DNA from: Candidatus Bathyarchaeota archaeon
GTDB lineage: Archaea; Thermoproteota; Bathyarchaeia; Bathyarchaeales; Bathycorpusculaceae
DNA: 64,000 nucleotides
Assembly (NCBI GenBank): GCA_963828195.1
Contig: CAWHDT010000005.1
Span: forward strand, 1-64,000
Direction of reading: 5' to 3'
Below the pieces are notes generated by a model that saw nothing but the letters and a program-made list of their open reading frames with translations, searched no databases and was not told the origin of the DNA. Every line of letters begins with the position of its first letter. The first letter of the stretch is position 1. The position numbers and the translations under genes were made by a program. Below, in pieces: positions 17,961 to 27,612 of the stretch.

Positions 17961-18737
17961 GTGGTGGTTTTGACGAGTAAAGAGCCTTCTGCATCAGATC
18001 GCTTTTGCGAGATGCGCCGATTATTCTCAGAAGTTTTAGGAACGTTCTTTCTTGTTCTAGTCGCTGTCGGTGGAGGAGTCGTAAATACCGCAACTCATGG
18101 CGCCATTAGCCTCGTTGCTCTTGTTGTTGCTCCTGCTTTAATGGTTATGGCAGTAATTCTTTTTATGGGCAAGGTTTCTGGGGCTCATCTGAATCCCGCA
18201 GTTACAATTGCTTTTTCTGCAAGGGGCGATTTTCCCTGGAGACGAGTCCCAGGGTACATCTTAGCTCAAATTGCCGGCGCAGTTATAGCATGCGGTTTCC
18301 TTGCTCTCACGTTCGGTGTAAAAGGAACCTTTGGGTCCACTCAACCTGGAGCTGGCTTCACTGGTTTGCAGGCAGTTTTGATAGAATTTATTCTTACTCT
18401 TGGGCTTGTCAGCGTAATTCTTGGAACCGCTTCTCACGCTCAAAACGTTGGGCCCCTGTCTGCACTTGCAGTTGGCGGCTACATTGCGTTGGCGGGACTT
18501 TGGGCAGCGCCTATATCTGGAGCATCAATGAACCCGGTGCGCTCGTTTGCCCCGGATCTGTTTCTTCTTAACTTCAGCAACTATTGGGTTTACTTGGTAG
18601 GTCCTATAGCGGGCGGTTTGCTTGCTGTGCTTTTTGCTTACATGCTGCGGGGACGCGGTGGAGATGAAACAGCAATCGAAGCTGCACAAGGTACCTTAAA
18701 AACCAATCAATTAATCGGTAGACAAACAATAGATTAA
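17961..18737 (+). CDS. Aquaporin (MIP family)
   Basis: SGAHLNPAVT and SGASMNPVRS boxes; six TM segments. Confidence 0.95.
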   Translation: MVVLTSKEPSASDRFCEMRRLFSEVLGTFFLVLVAVGGGVVNTATHGAISLVALVVAPALMVMAVILFMGKVSGAHLNPAVTIAFSARGDFPWRRVPGYILAQIAGAVIACGFLALTFGVKGTFGSTQPGAGFTGLQAVLIEFILTLGLVSVILGTASHAQNVGPLSALAVGGYIALAGLWAAPISGASMNPVRSFAPDLFLLNFSNYWVYLVGPIAGGLLAVLFAYMLRGRGGDETAIEAAQGTLKTNQLIGRQTID

Positions 18738-18774
18738 AAATGCAAAAAAGGAGGTTTAGAAAATTTCTTTAACT

Positions 18775-20175
18775 GTGCCGCCAAACAAAGTTCCAAGTCG
18801 TCAGGAGCGTTGGCAAAAAGGAAAAGAACTAAGTTCCCAGATTCCCTGGAAGAGCCACGGTGAATGGAGACGCCCCAGCAATTTTCCAGACCCACTTGCC
18901 CTAATTCAGGAACATGACAAAGATCGATTATCTTTTCTGCTGCCCATCAAATATGGGCGTATGGCGGCTTCACCTTTGGCTTATTTTAGAGGTTCAGCCG
19001 CTGTTATGGCAGCTGACCTTGCAAGTACTCCAGTCACCGGCATCGAAACAATGTTAAGCGGAGACGCGCACCTCGCAAACTTCGGCATCTTTGCCACCCC
19101 AGAGCGCAAACTAATCTTTGACATAAATGACTTTGATGAATGTTACCCTGGACCATGGGAATGGGACCTAAAACGCTTGGCAGCCAGCGCAGTTATCACG
19201 GGGAAAGAAAACGGGTTCAAACCTGAAGAAAACTGGGAAATAGCCAAGTACGTTGCCAAAAAGTATCGCAAAGCAATGACAAAATTTTCTGACATGCTCA
19301 CTTTAGACTTATGGTATAGCTACGTGGATGCCGAAAAGCTCTTAAAATCATTCAGCAATTCGAAAAAAGAAGCGAAAATTCTGCAAAAAACCATCAAGAA
19401 GGCTCGCGCACACACAGAAGAGCAGTCCGTTGAGAAATATGCCGAAATTGTAAATGGACGACGACAATTTGTTAATAATCCCCCATTAATGATTCGTCTA
19501 ACTGATGCCCCTGAGGATAGTGCCTTAACAGAAAAAAATCAAGTGTTAAGGTACAATTTGGAAAAAGCGTGGGTTGAATACGTTGGCAGCGTCGAAATAA
19601 ATCGTCGTAAACTGCTCAGTCGCTATCACATCGTTGACGCTGCTTTAAGAGTAGTGGGCGTCGGGAGCGTCGGAACCCGATGTTTCGTAGCTTTGCTTGA
19701 AGGTGACTCAACTGATGACGATATTGTGCTGCAGCAAAAAGAGGCTGATGCTTCAGTTTTAGAAGCCTATTTACCCCAGCGGGAATTTGTAAACCATGCA
19801 GACCGCGTGGTTATGGGGCAGCGGTTGATGCAGTCGGCAAGCGACATCTTTTTGGGTTGGAGCCGCGGCTTTGCTTCTTCAGGGCATGATTTCTATTGGC
19901 GCCAACTAAGAGACATGAAAGGATCTGTTGATGTTTCTACGTTGGATTTTAAAGGCTTAAGGGATTATCTGGCGTGTTGCAGCTACTGTTTAGCGTTAGG
20001 TCATGCACGTTCAGGAGACGCCGCCGAGATTGCTGGGTACCTGGACGGGGGGAAGCCATTTGATGAGGCGATCGCAAACTTTGCCGTTTGTTATGCAGGA
20101 CAAACGATGCATGATTATCACGCGTTGGCGGAAGCGATCAAGGCTGGCCGCATTGTTGCTCAGAAAGGCGTTTAA
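18775..20175 (+). CDS. DUF2252 family protein (kinase-like fold)
   Basis: YGRMAASPLAYFRGSA, GDAHLANFG, FDINDFDE, VVGVGSVG, RQLRDMKGS, LGHARSGD. Confidence 0.9.
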   Translation: MPPNKVPSRQERWQKGKELSSQIPWKSHGEWRRPSNFPDPLALIQEHDKDRLSFLLPIKYGRMAASPLAYFRGSAAVMAADLASTPVTGIETMLSGDAHLANFGIFATPERKLIFDINDFDECYPGPWEWDLKRLAASAVITGKENGFKPEENWEIAKYVAKKYRKAMTKFSDMLTLDLWYSYVDAEKLLKSFSNSKKEAKILQKTIKKARAHTEEQSVEKYAEIVNGRRQFVNNPPLMIRLTDAPEDSALTEKNQVLRYNLEKAWVEYVGSVEINRRKLLSRYHIVDAALRVVGVGSVGTRCFVALLEGDSTDDDIVLQQKEADASVLEAYLPQREFVNHADRVVMGQRLMQSASDIFLGWSRGFASSGHDFYWRQLRDMKGSVDVSTLDFKGLRDYLACCSYCLALGHARSGDAAEIAGYLDGGKPFDEAIANFAVCYAGQTMHDYHALAEAIKAGRIVAQKGV

Positions 20176-20396
20176 GAGTACAATCATTGGACACAGCCAT
20201 CCAACTGGCAAAGCGGATTTTGCATTTCAAAGGGCAAGATTCTTTGGCAGTTTTATTTGGTACTGCTCTACCAACTGGTTACTGACCCTTGAAAAAACCA
20301 CAGAAACACAAAACCCCAAAAAGACCCGAAACAACAATAACTAACCCAACCAGATCCCACTCGTTAAGTTTTGGCTTAACTAAATTCCACTGTTTG

Positions 20397-20930
20397 CTAT
20401 ATGCCTCTGATCAAAGCTGCTTCTAAGGTGGCGGAGATCGCTAATATGGCCAGATAGAGCAAGAGGGACTTCCACGTTTGGTTTTTGAGGCGTTCCATTA
20501 CAGTTCCTTTTGCCAATGCATATGTCAGCAATAGGCTTTCCGCTACTATTACTGAGTAAGCCAAGTTTTCAATTGTTCCAATCGGACGGTAAATGCCAAT
20601 TACGTAGAGGAACGGGGACATGTGGTAAGAGTAAGCCAATTGTCCGATTGCTTCTGCAGTGTTGAAGCATACCGCACCGAAGAGAATGGGACCGCCTATG
20701 GGAACGATAGCGAAGATGCTTACTAAGAAATTGTTTAAGAAAATGCTTTGGGGCGTAACAGTCTGCCGTATGGAGTTTACCTGCTGCTGAGTCTGGTTGG
20801 CGGCGGCAGGCGTGGTTGTCGTGTACCCGGCGTAAGCAACCGCAAACGTGATTGCTGCAATCGCCAAAAACACAATCAAAACCACAAGCAGAAAAGTCTT
20901 CGATAGAAAAGCATCATCCATTTTTTTCAC
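20397..20930 (-). CDS. Stage II sporulation protein M (DUF95)-like membrane protein
   Basis: IFLNN motif, G.IE.LAY, SATLEA; several TM helices. Confidence 0.7.
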   Translation of the reverse strand: MKKMDDAFLSKTFLLVVLIVFLAIAAITFAVAYAGYTTTTPAAANQTQQQVNSIRQTVTPQSIFLNNFLVSIFAIVPIGGPILFGAVCFNTAEAIGQLAYSYHMSPFLYVIGIYRPIGTIENLAYSVIVAESLLLTYALAKGTVMERLKNQTWKSLLLYLAILAISATLEAALIRGI

Positions 20931-21154
20931 CTAATGTTGAATTCTCGTTTATAATTCAATGTTCGAGGCAATTTCGGTCTAAGCGCCTATGTCGCCTCAG
21001 CTATTTAGTATTTCCTTTTTGGTCCGCGGTGTTGAACCTTGGCAAAAGCAACATCCAAACTAGTAGAGAATCCAATACTTCTTAAACAAAAATCCTGAAA
21101 AAATAAAGCCGACATTGAGAAGGTTTTAATGGTCGTTCTATGCCTTTAGTTTTT

Positions 21155-21473
21155 GGCGGTGGATCTTAGGCGGTGGGGTAGGGGTCCATTGTACCGTAAA
21201 CCCTCTATACGACGGGCTGACATCTGCGGATGAGGCGCCGAAGGCCGCTTGGATCTTCATTTCCGAAACATTGACTATCCGTCCTTTGGGGCTGGCGGTC
21301 AACGGGCAGCTTCCGTAGGGGAGCTGTTTCGTTGTTCACCAGGCGAACCCGGCTAGGCTCGGGAGAGAGCAACCTAAGTTTGGACGTCGTGCGCTCAAGG
21401 GGGTGCGGGTAAGAGCGTAGGGCTTGAAGGTTCCAGGCGGAGTCTGGGCGTCAAACCGCAGTGATCCACCGCT
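21155..21473 (+). ncRNA. ffs: Archaeal signal recognition particle RNA (7S)
   Basis: Terminal helix GGCGGTGGATC / GATCCACCGCT; 319 nt; helix 8 GCTAGGCTC-GGGA-GAGAGCAACC; helix 6 CAGCTTCC...GGGAGCTG; TTTTAA at 21124-21129 upstream. Confidence 0.92.
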
Positions 21474-21481
21474 ACTGCATT

Positions 21482-21766
21482 CTATTCGTATGCCGCTTCT
21501 CTACGAGAGATTTTGAGTACATTGATCGTTTTTGTGTTTTTATTGACTTCAAATATGATTCTGAAATCGTCGCTCCGCAGTCGATAGGTGTTTTTGCGCC
21601 CCTGCATTTTCTCAATATCTAGATGTTTGCCGAATTCAGGGAAGGTCTGGAGGCATGCTATGTCTTCAGTTAGATGGCGACGTCTTTTCTCCTCTATCTG
21701 TGCTAGAAACTTATCGATTTTTCTGTGAACGTTTAGGTTGTACTTTGCCACGCTTTTGTGCTCCAC
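21482..21766 (-). CDS. relE: RelE/ParE-family toxin
   Basis: DIEKMQGRKNTYRLRSDDFRIIF...ISRREAAY. Confidence 0.88.
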   Translation of the reverse strand: MEHKSVAKYNLNVHRKIDKFLAQIEEKRRRHLTEDIACLQTFPEFGKHLDIEKMQGRKNTYRLRSDDFRIIFEVNKNTKTINVLKISRREAAYE

Positions 21767-21989
21767 ATTTCGTTATAACTTGCTCTATGGGAACACACTT
21801 TCCCTCATTCATTTCTTTGCTCAGAATGTCTAGTTCTTTTGTTTCTTCTGGACTGAGTTCTTCCCCCTCAGGAATCAAAGATTCAAGCAGGCTATCTAGC
21901 GACTTCTCTATCGTTTTGAGTTCGAGCCTCATGCGTTTGACTTCTTCGTAAACCTTGTCTAAGCTGACTTCCGTGGTCAAATACACCAT
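21711..21989 (-). CDS. Putative cognate antitoxin
   Basis: Acidic small protein (IPEGEELSPEETKEL...EGKCVP) directly upstream of and overlapping relE. Confidence 0.75.
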   Translation of the reverse strand: MVYLTTEVSLDKVYEEVKRMRLELKTIEKSLDSLLESLIPEGEELSPEETKELDILSKEMNEGKCVPIEQVITKCGAQKRGKVQPKRSQKNR

Positions 21990-22080
21990 TCTCAAAACCA
22001 TTTACAGAATCCAACCTAATAACTTTTAACCAAAACTACTTTTTGTTTTGCACTTTATCATTGAAGCAGGTGACCAACAG

Positions 22081-22235
22081 GTTTCTGTAGGGGAGTTATT
22101 TTGCCGTTTACCAGGCGAACCCGGCTAGGCTCGGGAGAGAGCAACCTAAGTTTGGACGTCGTGCGCTCAAGGGGGTGCGGGTAAGAGCGTAGGGCTTGAA
22201 GGTTCCAGGCGGAGTCTGGGCGTCAAACCGCAGTG
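22081..22235 (+). repeat. Partial second copy of the SRP RNA gene (S-domain side)
   Basis: 22110-22235 is identical to 21338-21463 (126 bp); 22081-22109 is a degenerate helix 6; the terminal helix is absent. Confidence 0.95.
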
Positions 22236-22528
22236 GGGTTCTGGTAACTTCATAGGTGATAAATCTACCTGTTAAGGGTTCTGGTGCATCTTCGGGTACT
22301 TCTTTTTCACGGTGCGTGTCGGGTCATGGAGGCTTTTCTGAGTGAGTAAGTATTCTATAGGCACGTGCAGTAGGAAATCACCATTTTTCAACATAAGTTT
22401 AACGTCTTTTTCACTGTCGGCAAGTTTCTTAATACTAATAATAATAATGTTGATGACAGGTTTATTGACACAATTCTGGCTATTTTCTCTTTTTTATGCT
22501 TGGGTGGTTACTACAAGCTTTGGAGTAA

Positions 22529-23488
22529 TTATGATTCTTTTTCATCTTCTTTTTGACTAGCTTTTTTCTTTCTTTTGTAACGTGGAGAATTACGCCACGC
22601 ATTTGAACTTGTATTTCTATTAACGCTAACTTGCGACAAGTATTTTTGAAAATCTTGCCTTTTTATTATTGACTTACGCTCTTTCAAACCAATCCCACCA
22701 AGAATCGAGCCTAATGTGGCTAAAAAAATTCCGAAGGCAATAGTCCATGTCGATTGAGATAACGGGTTACTAGAAGGGTAGAAGGCATCAGTCATTTTTC
22801 CCAAATTATTTGGGTCCGTGAGAGCTGGATATTTGAAAATTGTTGGAATGTGTGCCGCTTCTAACTGCATTTCTGTCTCATTTATGTAAAGCATAGTTCC
22901 ATCGCTCATTGGTTGGAAATATATCGTTCCATGCGTGGTATAAAACAAACCTCCAATTTCTATTCGGTTAGGACCTGTCATTATTACTTGAAAAGTAGGC
23001 ACACCATCAGAACCTATGATTTCAAAAGCGTACGCATTATAATTTCTGTCCCAAAATAAGAGTGTGCTTGGGTCAACGGTTTTCCATTCATTATTTAAAA
23101 TTTCGGCTATGGTTGTTCCATTGGAATTTACAATGGTTGCAGAAACATACAATTTATTATTGATAAAATCAATTTTGAGTTCATCGTTCATAAAAGGACC
23201 AAATTTTGTTCCACTAGACGCAGGGAATACTTGATTCATGTCTATACCGCTTGCCAATTGTTGACTTGTAAAATTAATGTTAGTTAATGGAGAGCCATTA
23301 AAATTTTGAGACAATTGAACAGTAAAATTTTCTGATAGATTAAGAGGAAAGGGGTCTAGTTCGCCGTTTAAGGCTAAGATAGCTTCTTGTCTATTTTGAA
23401 AGCCTATGTCAATAATGACCAACCCTATTACACCTATTAATGAACCAATGACCAACAAAGCTACCATTGCAACTTTTCGTTTTGTCAA
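22529..23488 (-). CDS. Hypothetical membrane protein (two TM segments with an extracellular domain)
   Basis: Hydrophobic N-terminal and subterminal helices, Asn-rich middle, basic tail. Confidence 0.75.
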   Translation of the reverse strand: MTKRKVAMVALLVIGSLIGVIGLVIIDIGFQNRQEAILALNGELDPFPLNLSENFTVQLSQNFNGSPLTNINFTSQQLASGIDMNQVFPASSGTKFGPFMNDELKIDFINNKLYVSATIVNSNGTTIAEILNNEWKTVDPSTLLFWDRNYNAYAFEIIGSDGVPTFQVIMTGPNRIEIGGLFYTTHGTIYFQPMSDGTMLYINETEMQLEAAHIPTIFKYPALTDPNNLGKMTDAFYPSSNPLSQSTWTIAFGIFLATLGSILGGIGLKERKSIIKRQDFQKYLSQVSVNRNTSSNAWRNSPRYKRKKKASQKEDEKES

Positions 23489-23698
23489 GAGTCCACAACA
23501 ACAATGCTCTTTTGCCAGAATTAATAATTAAGGAGTGAACTTGGCTTATATTTTGTGGTTATTTGGTTGCTTTGCTTGCGTTTTGTATTAGGGTTAGCCA
23601 CTTGTTTGTTCCTTCTACGGTTATTCCGCAAGCTTCAGCGGGAGTTTTGCCGTCTAAGGCTCATGAGGTCACACTTAATTGTGAAAGTTAGTAACCTT

Positions 23699-23762
23699 TC
23701 AAAACGTCGGTTGCGTTGTAACAGCGCAGATAAACGCGTTTGTATCTACGAATCGGGGTCAC
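23699..23762 (-). pseudogene. Truncated, frameshifted VapC (PIN) toxin
   Basis: GTGA overlap with the antitoxin stop, extra C, then RFVDTNAFICAV...TGA (PIN first-strand motif xFVDTN). Confidence 0.6.
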
Positions 23763-24025
23763 TGAAAATCCTCAACCAGCTTCTTTCGGATGTATTCTCG
23801 CGCTAACTGTTTTGGCTCATCGACAGGATTTACCAGCTTAACGGAGCCATATAACGCCTCGGTAGGCTTCTTATGGGTTTCCACCGGCACTAGACAGATT
23901 CGTCCCCTGTACTCTGTAATAATAAGTCTAATGCCTTCATGAACACCATATTTTTCGCGCAACCGCCTAGGCAAAACAATGCGTCCATACTTGCCAACCT
24001 CAACAGACATACCAATCACCGACAA
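23759..24025 (-). CDS. AbrB/MazE-family antitoxin (orphan VapB)
   Basis: VGKYGRIVLPRRLREKYGVHEG, LYGS. Confidence 0.85.
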   Translation of the reverse strand: MSVIGMSVEVGKYGRIVLPRRLREKYGVHEGIRLIITEYRGRICLVPVETHKKPTEALYGSVKLVNPVDEPKQLAREYIRKKLVEDFQ

Positions 24026-24153
24026 ATCATCATAAACGACAAAACATAAATTTTTTTGCCCAAAAAAAGACTTTACGGCAAATCAAATTCGCCTATAACC
24101 GCAGGGCAAGTATGAAAACCACCACTTCCACCATGATTGTAAGCAGCCCCCTA

Positions 24154-24205
24154 GCCAGTAACCGACAATAACTTCAACATGGAGTCAACATGCAAAGTCG
24201 CAACC
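24154..24205 (+). repeat. Repeat C copy 1
   Basis: 46/52 identical to 27312-27363; weaker similarity continues to ~24280. Confidence 0.8.
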
Positions 24206-24560
24206 CAACAAAGGCTTCAAAGGCTGAAACAGAAAAGAAGCCCAAAACACAAACTTCCACATGTGAAAGTCAAGTTACGCTACAGCATGCGCTGAGGGTG
24301 GCACAAGCCAAGCAAAGCCTTTCGATAAGATGGAACAGTCTTACCCATGCTTGCTAAGCCTCCAGACAATCTAATTTCTTTATCATAGGCGTTCACTTGG
24401 GGCTACTGCTTTTGAGTAAAATCACTTAAAAAGTAAATGTTTAATAGAACTTTTGGAGCAGTGGAGGGTTCAGTGAAAGTGAAAATTTTTCTAGGTTCGA
24501 ACTAAGCAGTGCGTACTAACATCTACGCTGATTGGACTGAACCGACTGGAACCCAATTAG

Positions 24561-25102
24561 TTATAGATTGGTCTCTTCAACCAACGTTCCCATATGGTCG
24601 GTATATTCAAGATGGATATTTCCTTGAATCTCTGACGCTAGAAGCAATTGAGGCAAAGTGACCCCGTCGAATGTCATGTTTAAAGTGAAGTTCTTTTCAG
24701 AACCAATATTAAAGATTGTATTATCCCAATTAAGCGTATAAGCAGTACCGTTCACAAAAGATTCTTGAAATAAAAAATCCTGAATTTGATTTGTATTTGG
24801 ATTTATGAGTTAGGATTTAAATTCACTGGAAAAGCGTTAAACATTGGCAAAGTAACCTGAAGAACTAATTGGTTAACTTGGCAAGCGCGTGCTTGGTCGC
24901 CTATAACCCCTGAAACAATGAAGTCTAGATTATAGGTGTTGCTTGAGTTAACCCAATGAACTGAATATTGATTACTTGATATAAAGATATTAAGCTCACC
25001 TCTTTGATTTGCTTGCTCCGAAACATAAGTCATAACTGCAAATATCGCAGTAATTACGACGAAAACTAAGGTAACAACCGAAATAATCTTGTTATTGTCC
25101 AT
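24561..25102 (-). pseudogene. Frameshifted membrane-anchored exported protein
   Basis: ORF 24803-25102 (TM, Asn-rich) and ORF 24561-24755 are adjacent in different frames with similar composition. Confidence 0.5.
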
Positions 25103-25572
25103 ATTCTCAAACCTAAATATGCCAGAAATCCAAACTTTAAGGTTTTGGTTAGCGCGGCGCGCTCCTGTAATTAACAAAATGAAAAGGTTAACTTTTGAAA
25201 TTCACGACAGGAAAAGATTGAGAAGGTTAAAAAATGTAAACTTACACCAATGCTTTTAGGATACTTTCTTTATTACAATTATGCAGGACACAAGAAAGTC
25301 TTAACGTTAAGAATCCATAACATCGATATAATTATTGAAGATAAGTGGAAAAAACTCTGATGCTAGATGCCGGATGCCAGCACCTGTAGATGATGGACGA
25401 GCTATGTAGTATAATATAATAAAACTTATAAGTGGATCCACGTTTATTTTAGTTTGGATGACCGCTAGAGACACTACACAACCTTTACAGAGGTTTGTTA
25501 AAGATTATTGAAAAAACATGCAAGAGTAAAAAAGAGGATGATAGATTTGGATTATAGTTATCATAAAATTAT

Positions 25573-25678
25573 TTTTGGGGACAGGACCCCAAAATCCGCT
25601 AGCAGGTCATCCCCTTGATGACGTAAGCGGTGTGGCCTAGGGAATAACCGTGAACTAGGTCCCGCTTTCCAACTGAGG
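25573..25678. ncRNA. Candidate structured RNA directly 3' of the RNase H-like gene
   Basis: Hairpins TTTTGGGG/CCCCAAAA, CCGCT/AGCGG enclosing GTCATC/GATGAC, and GGCCTAG/CTAGGTC; GC-rich within AT-rich flanks. Confidence 0.45.
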
Positions 25679-26017
25679 TTAATTAAGAATTTTTAGTTCT
25701 TTTTCGAATGACGGGTCTTTTTCATTAAGAACAATGTTTTTGCGATATCGAAGGTTTTTTGATTTAATGTGGGCATGCTTAACTTCTATACATTGGTTAT
25801 CAGGTATGAAGAAAACATTTGGGTTAGAAAGCAAAGGATTTCTAGGATACTTGTCCGCCAATAATTGCTTCAAGTATTTTTCTACACGCAAAGATGTTTC
25901 TCCTTGAAAGTCTTTGTCTACCACAATAGCATCTCCTTCACAAAGAACAGGACAAACAACTTTGAAAATTAATGCGGCGGAGACTTTCTCAGCCCAATTT
26001 TTTGTGCATTTCTCCAA
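25679..26017 (-). CDS. Hypothetical protein, possibly RNase H-like fold, 5'-truncated (frame open to ~26110)
   Basis: AIVVDKDFQG...EVKHAH pattern; upstream in-frame WFVGTRL...YSVYISPEKHKE lacks a start and is fused to an M48 remnant. Confidence 0.5.
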   Translation of the reverse strand: MEKCTKNWAEKVSAALIFKVVCPVLCEGDAIVVDKDFQGETSLRVEKYLKQLLADKYPRNPLLSNPNVFFIPDNQCIEVKHAHIKSKNLRYRKNIVLNEKDPSFEKELKILN

Positions 26018-26099
26018 TTCTTTATGCTTTTCGGGTGAGATATAAACGCTGTAATGCTTTTGACCTTTTTTCTTTGATAATCTTGTTCCAACAAACCAT

Positions 26100-26443
26100 A
26101 TTGGGGGCGAGAAGGCCTATAACGATTCCAATTATTATCGTGGGCGCTAATAGCCGCCAGAATCGCTTTCTCCCATGTCTCTGATTTAGGTGAGTGAACT
26201 CGTGGGCTCCTACGGCGAGCACTTCATCAGGAAGCAGCGTTGCAAGATATTTGGCATCGAATAATACCCTGTCTAAAGAAGCCATGCCCCTGCCGGCAGG
26301 AATCGCATCTTATAATAGCGGTCTAACTTGCTTTTTTTCAAAATTTTGGTAACCTGCATAATTTCTGCAAGGTTGTCAAGGGATTCGGATGGAAAAGGAC
26401 TCGCTTTTAGCAACCACGACATCAATACGTTATAGATTCCCAC
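26100..26443 (-). pseudogene. M48-like peptidase pseudogene, paralogue of 62751-63413
   Basis: GTG 26443: MGIYNVLMSWLLKASPFPSESLDNLAEIM...RYYK / frameshift / ...DEVLAVGAHEFTH; 3' half missing. Confidence 0.8.
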
Positions 26444-26505
26444 GCTTTTTGCCTTCCCCTTTCATAGAATGCATTAATAAAAGAAAAAAGTTGGGTAACC
26501 TTTTT

Positions 26506-26690
26506 TTATTCTTCTTGAACCAGTGCCCATAAATGTTTGAGTGGTAATTCGGCTTTCAAGGATTCAGGAAACTTCTCAAAATGCTCCAATATTTCACTTA
26601 ATAAGTCTCCAGCATCCCATAACCTGACACATAAAGAAACTAAGTCGAGACTCTTCTAACACTTTTGTTGTTAAATCCCACTTTCTCAAC
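26506..26690 (-). pseudogene. C-terminal remnant of an Mrr-like restriction endonuclease
   Basis: Manual translation: EESRLSFF / frameshift / VRLWDAGDLLSEILEHFEKFPESLKAELPLKHLWALVQEE*. Confidence 0.65.
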
Positions 26691-26908
26691 AATATTAACG
26701 GTAGAATATAATGGATGGAAAAAATACTTGTTTTTAGCTAATTATTGTTTTAGGAATTGTATAACAAAGTTTGCCTTCGTGATAGTATTCAAAAATACTT
26801 TTCTTGCAATTTGGACAAGGGGTACCTTTTAACATGATAGTAACCTTTTCTAAACTCCCATTCTTTAACCGCTTTATCTGGAACTTCGGCATTGCATCTG
26901 GGGGCATT

Positions 26909-27145
26909 TCATTTGATTCGCCTTAGCTCTTCCTTAAGCTCCTCCTCGGTTATGTTTGTAAGCGCCGCTTTGTGTTTTCCAAGTTCGTACATGAAATCAA
27001 GCAGCGTTAAACCTGACAGTTTTGCGGCTTGGCCTACAGATATTTTCCTTTCCTTGTAGAGCATTATCGCTAGGTAAAGCTTCAATTCGTCTTCGCCTAC
27101 GTCGTCGATTAATGCTTTTGGAAGTTTCAGCTCCAAAATATTCAC
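26909..27145 (-). CDS. UPF0175-family antitoxin (orphan)
   Basis: LAIMLYKERKISVGQAAKLSGL...F; the usual PIN/DUF3368 partner is absent. Confidence 0.88.
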   Translation of the reverse strand: MNILELKLPKALIDDVGEDELKLYLAIMLYKERKISVGQAAKLSGLTLLDFMYELGKHKAALTNITEEELKEELRRIK

Positions 27146-27311
27146 CTATATTTTGATTCGTCAACCAAACTAAAATACCTTGTCGGTTCTTGACCCAAGC
27201 CGTCCAAAACCAGCTTTTTCATCCCTTCCCCCGCCGCCTGCCACGTCAACCTCAAGAAGCCAAACGCCAAGCAGGAAAAACCCAACGGCGAGACCAGCCG
27301 CCTCCAGAACC

Positions 27312-27480
27312 GCCCATAACCGACAGTAGCCTCAACATGGAGCCAACATGCAAAGTCGCAACCTGCCCATCCCAAAGTCGCAGTGTACAAACGCATTCTA
27401 GCGCTAAATCAAAAAAGCAACCCAGAACACAAACAGCCAGAGCGGAAAGTCGCAACTTACGCCAGCCCAAAAGTCGCAAC
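27312..27480 (+). repeat. Repeat C copy 2 with four AAAGTCGCA motifs
   Basis: 27312-27363 matches 24154-24205; AAAGTCGCA at 27352, 27374, 27446 and 27470 (also 24194). Confidence 0.8.
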
Positions 27481-27612
27481 TTAAAAATCCAGCAAAAAAC
27501 CATCCCAAAACCAAACCAAAAAATCGAGCAAGCCGCAACCCAAATGCTGTAAGATTGATTAATACGTTAGCTTATCATTTTTTCTAAGACAAAACGTTTA
27601 GAGGAAAATCTC

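Noticed and set aside
27142-27552. Overlapping ORFs 27142-27396, 27190-27552 and 27252-27503
   Set aside because: Artefacts of a strongly A/C-skewed non-coding tract containing repeat C; biased composition and no motifs.
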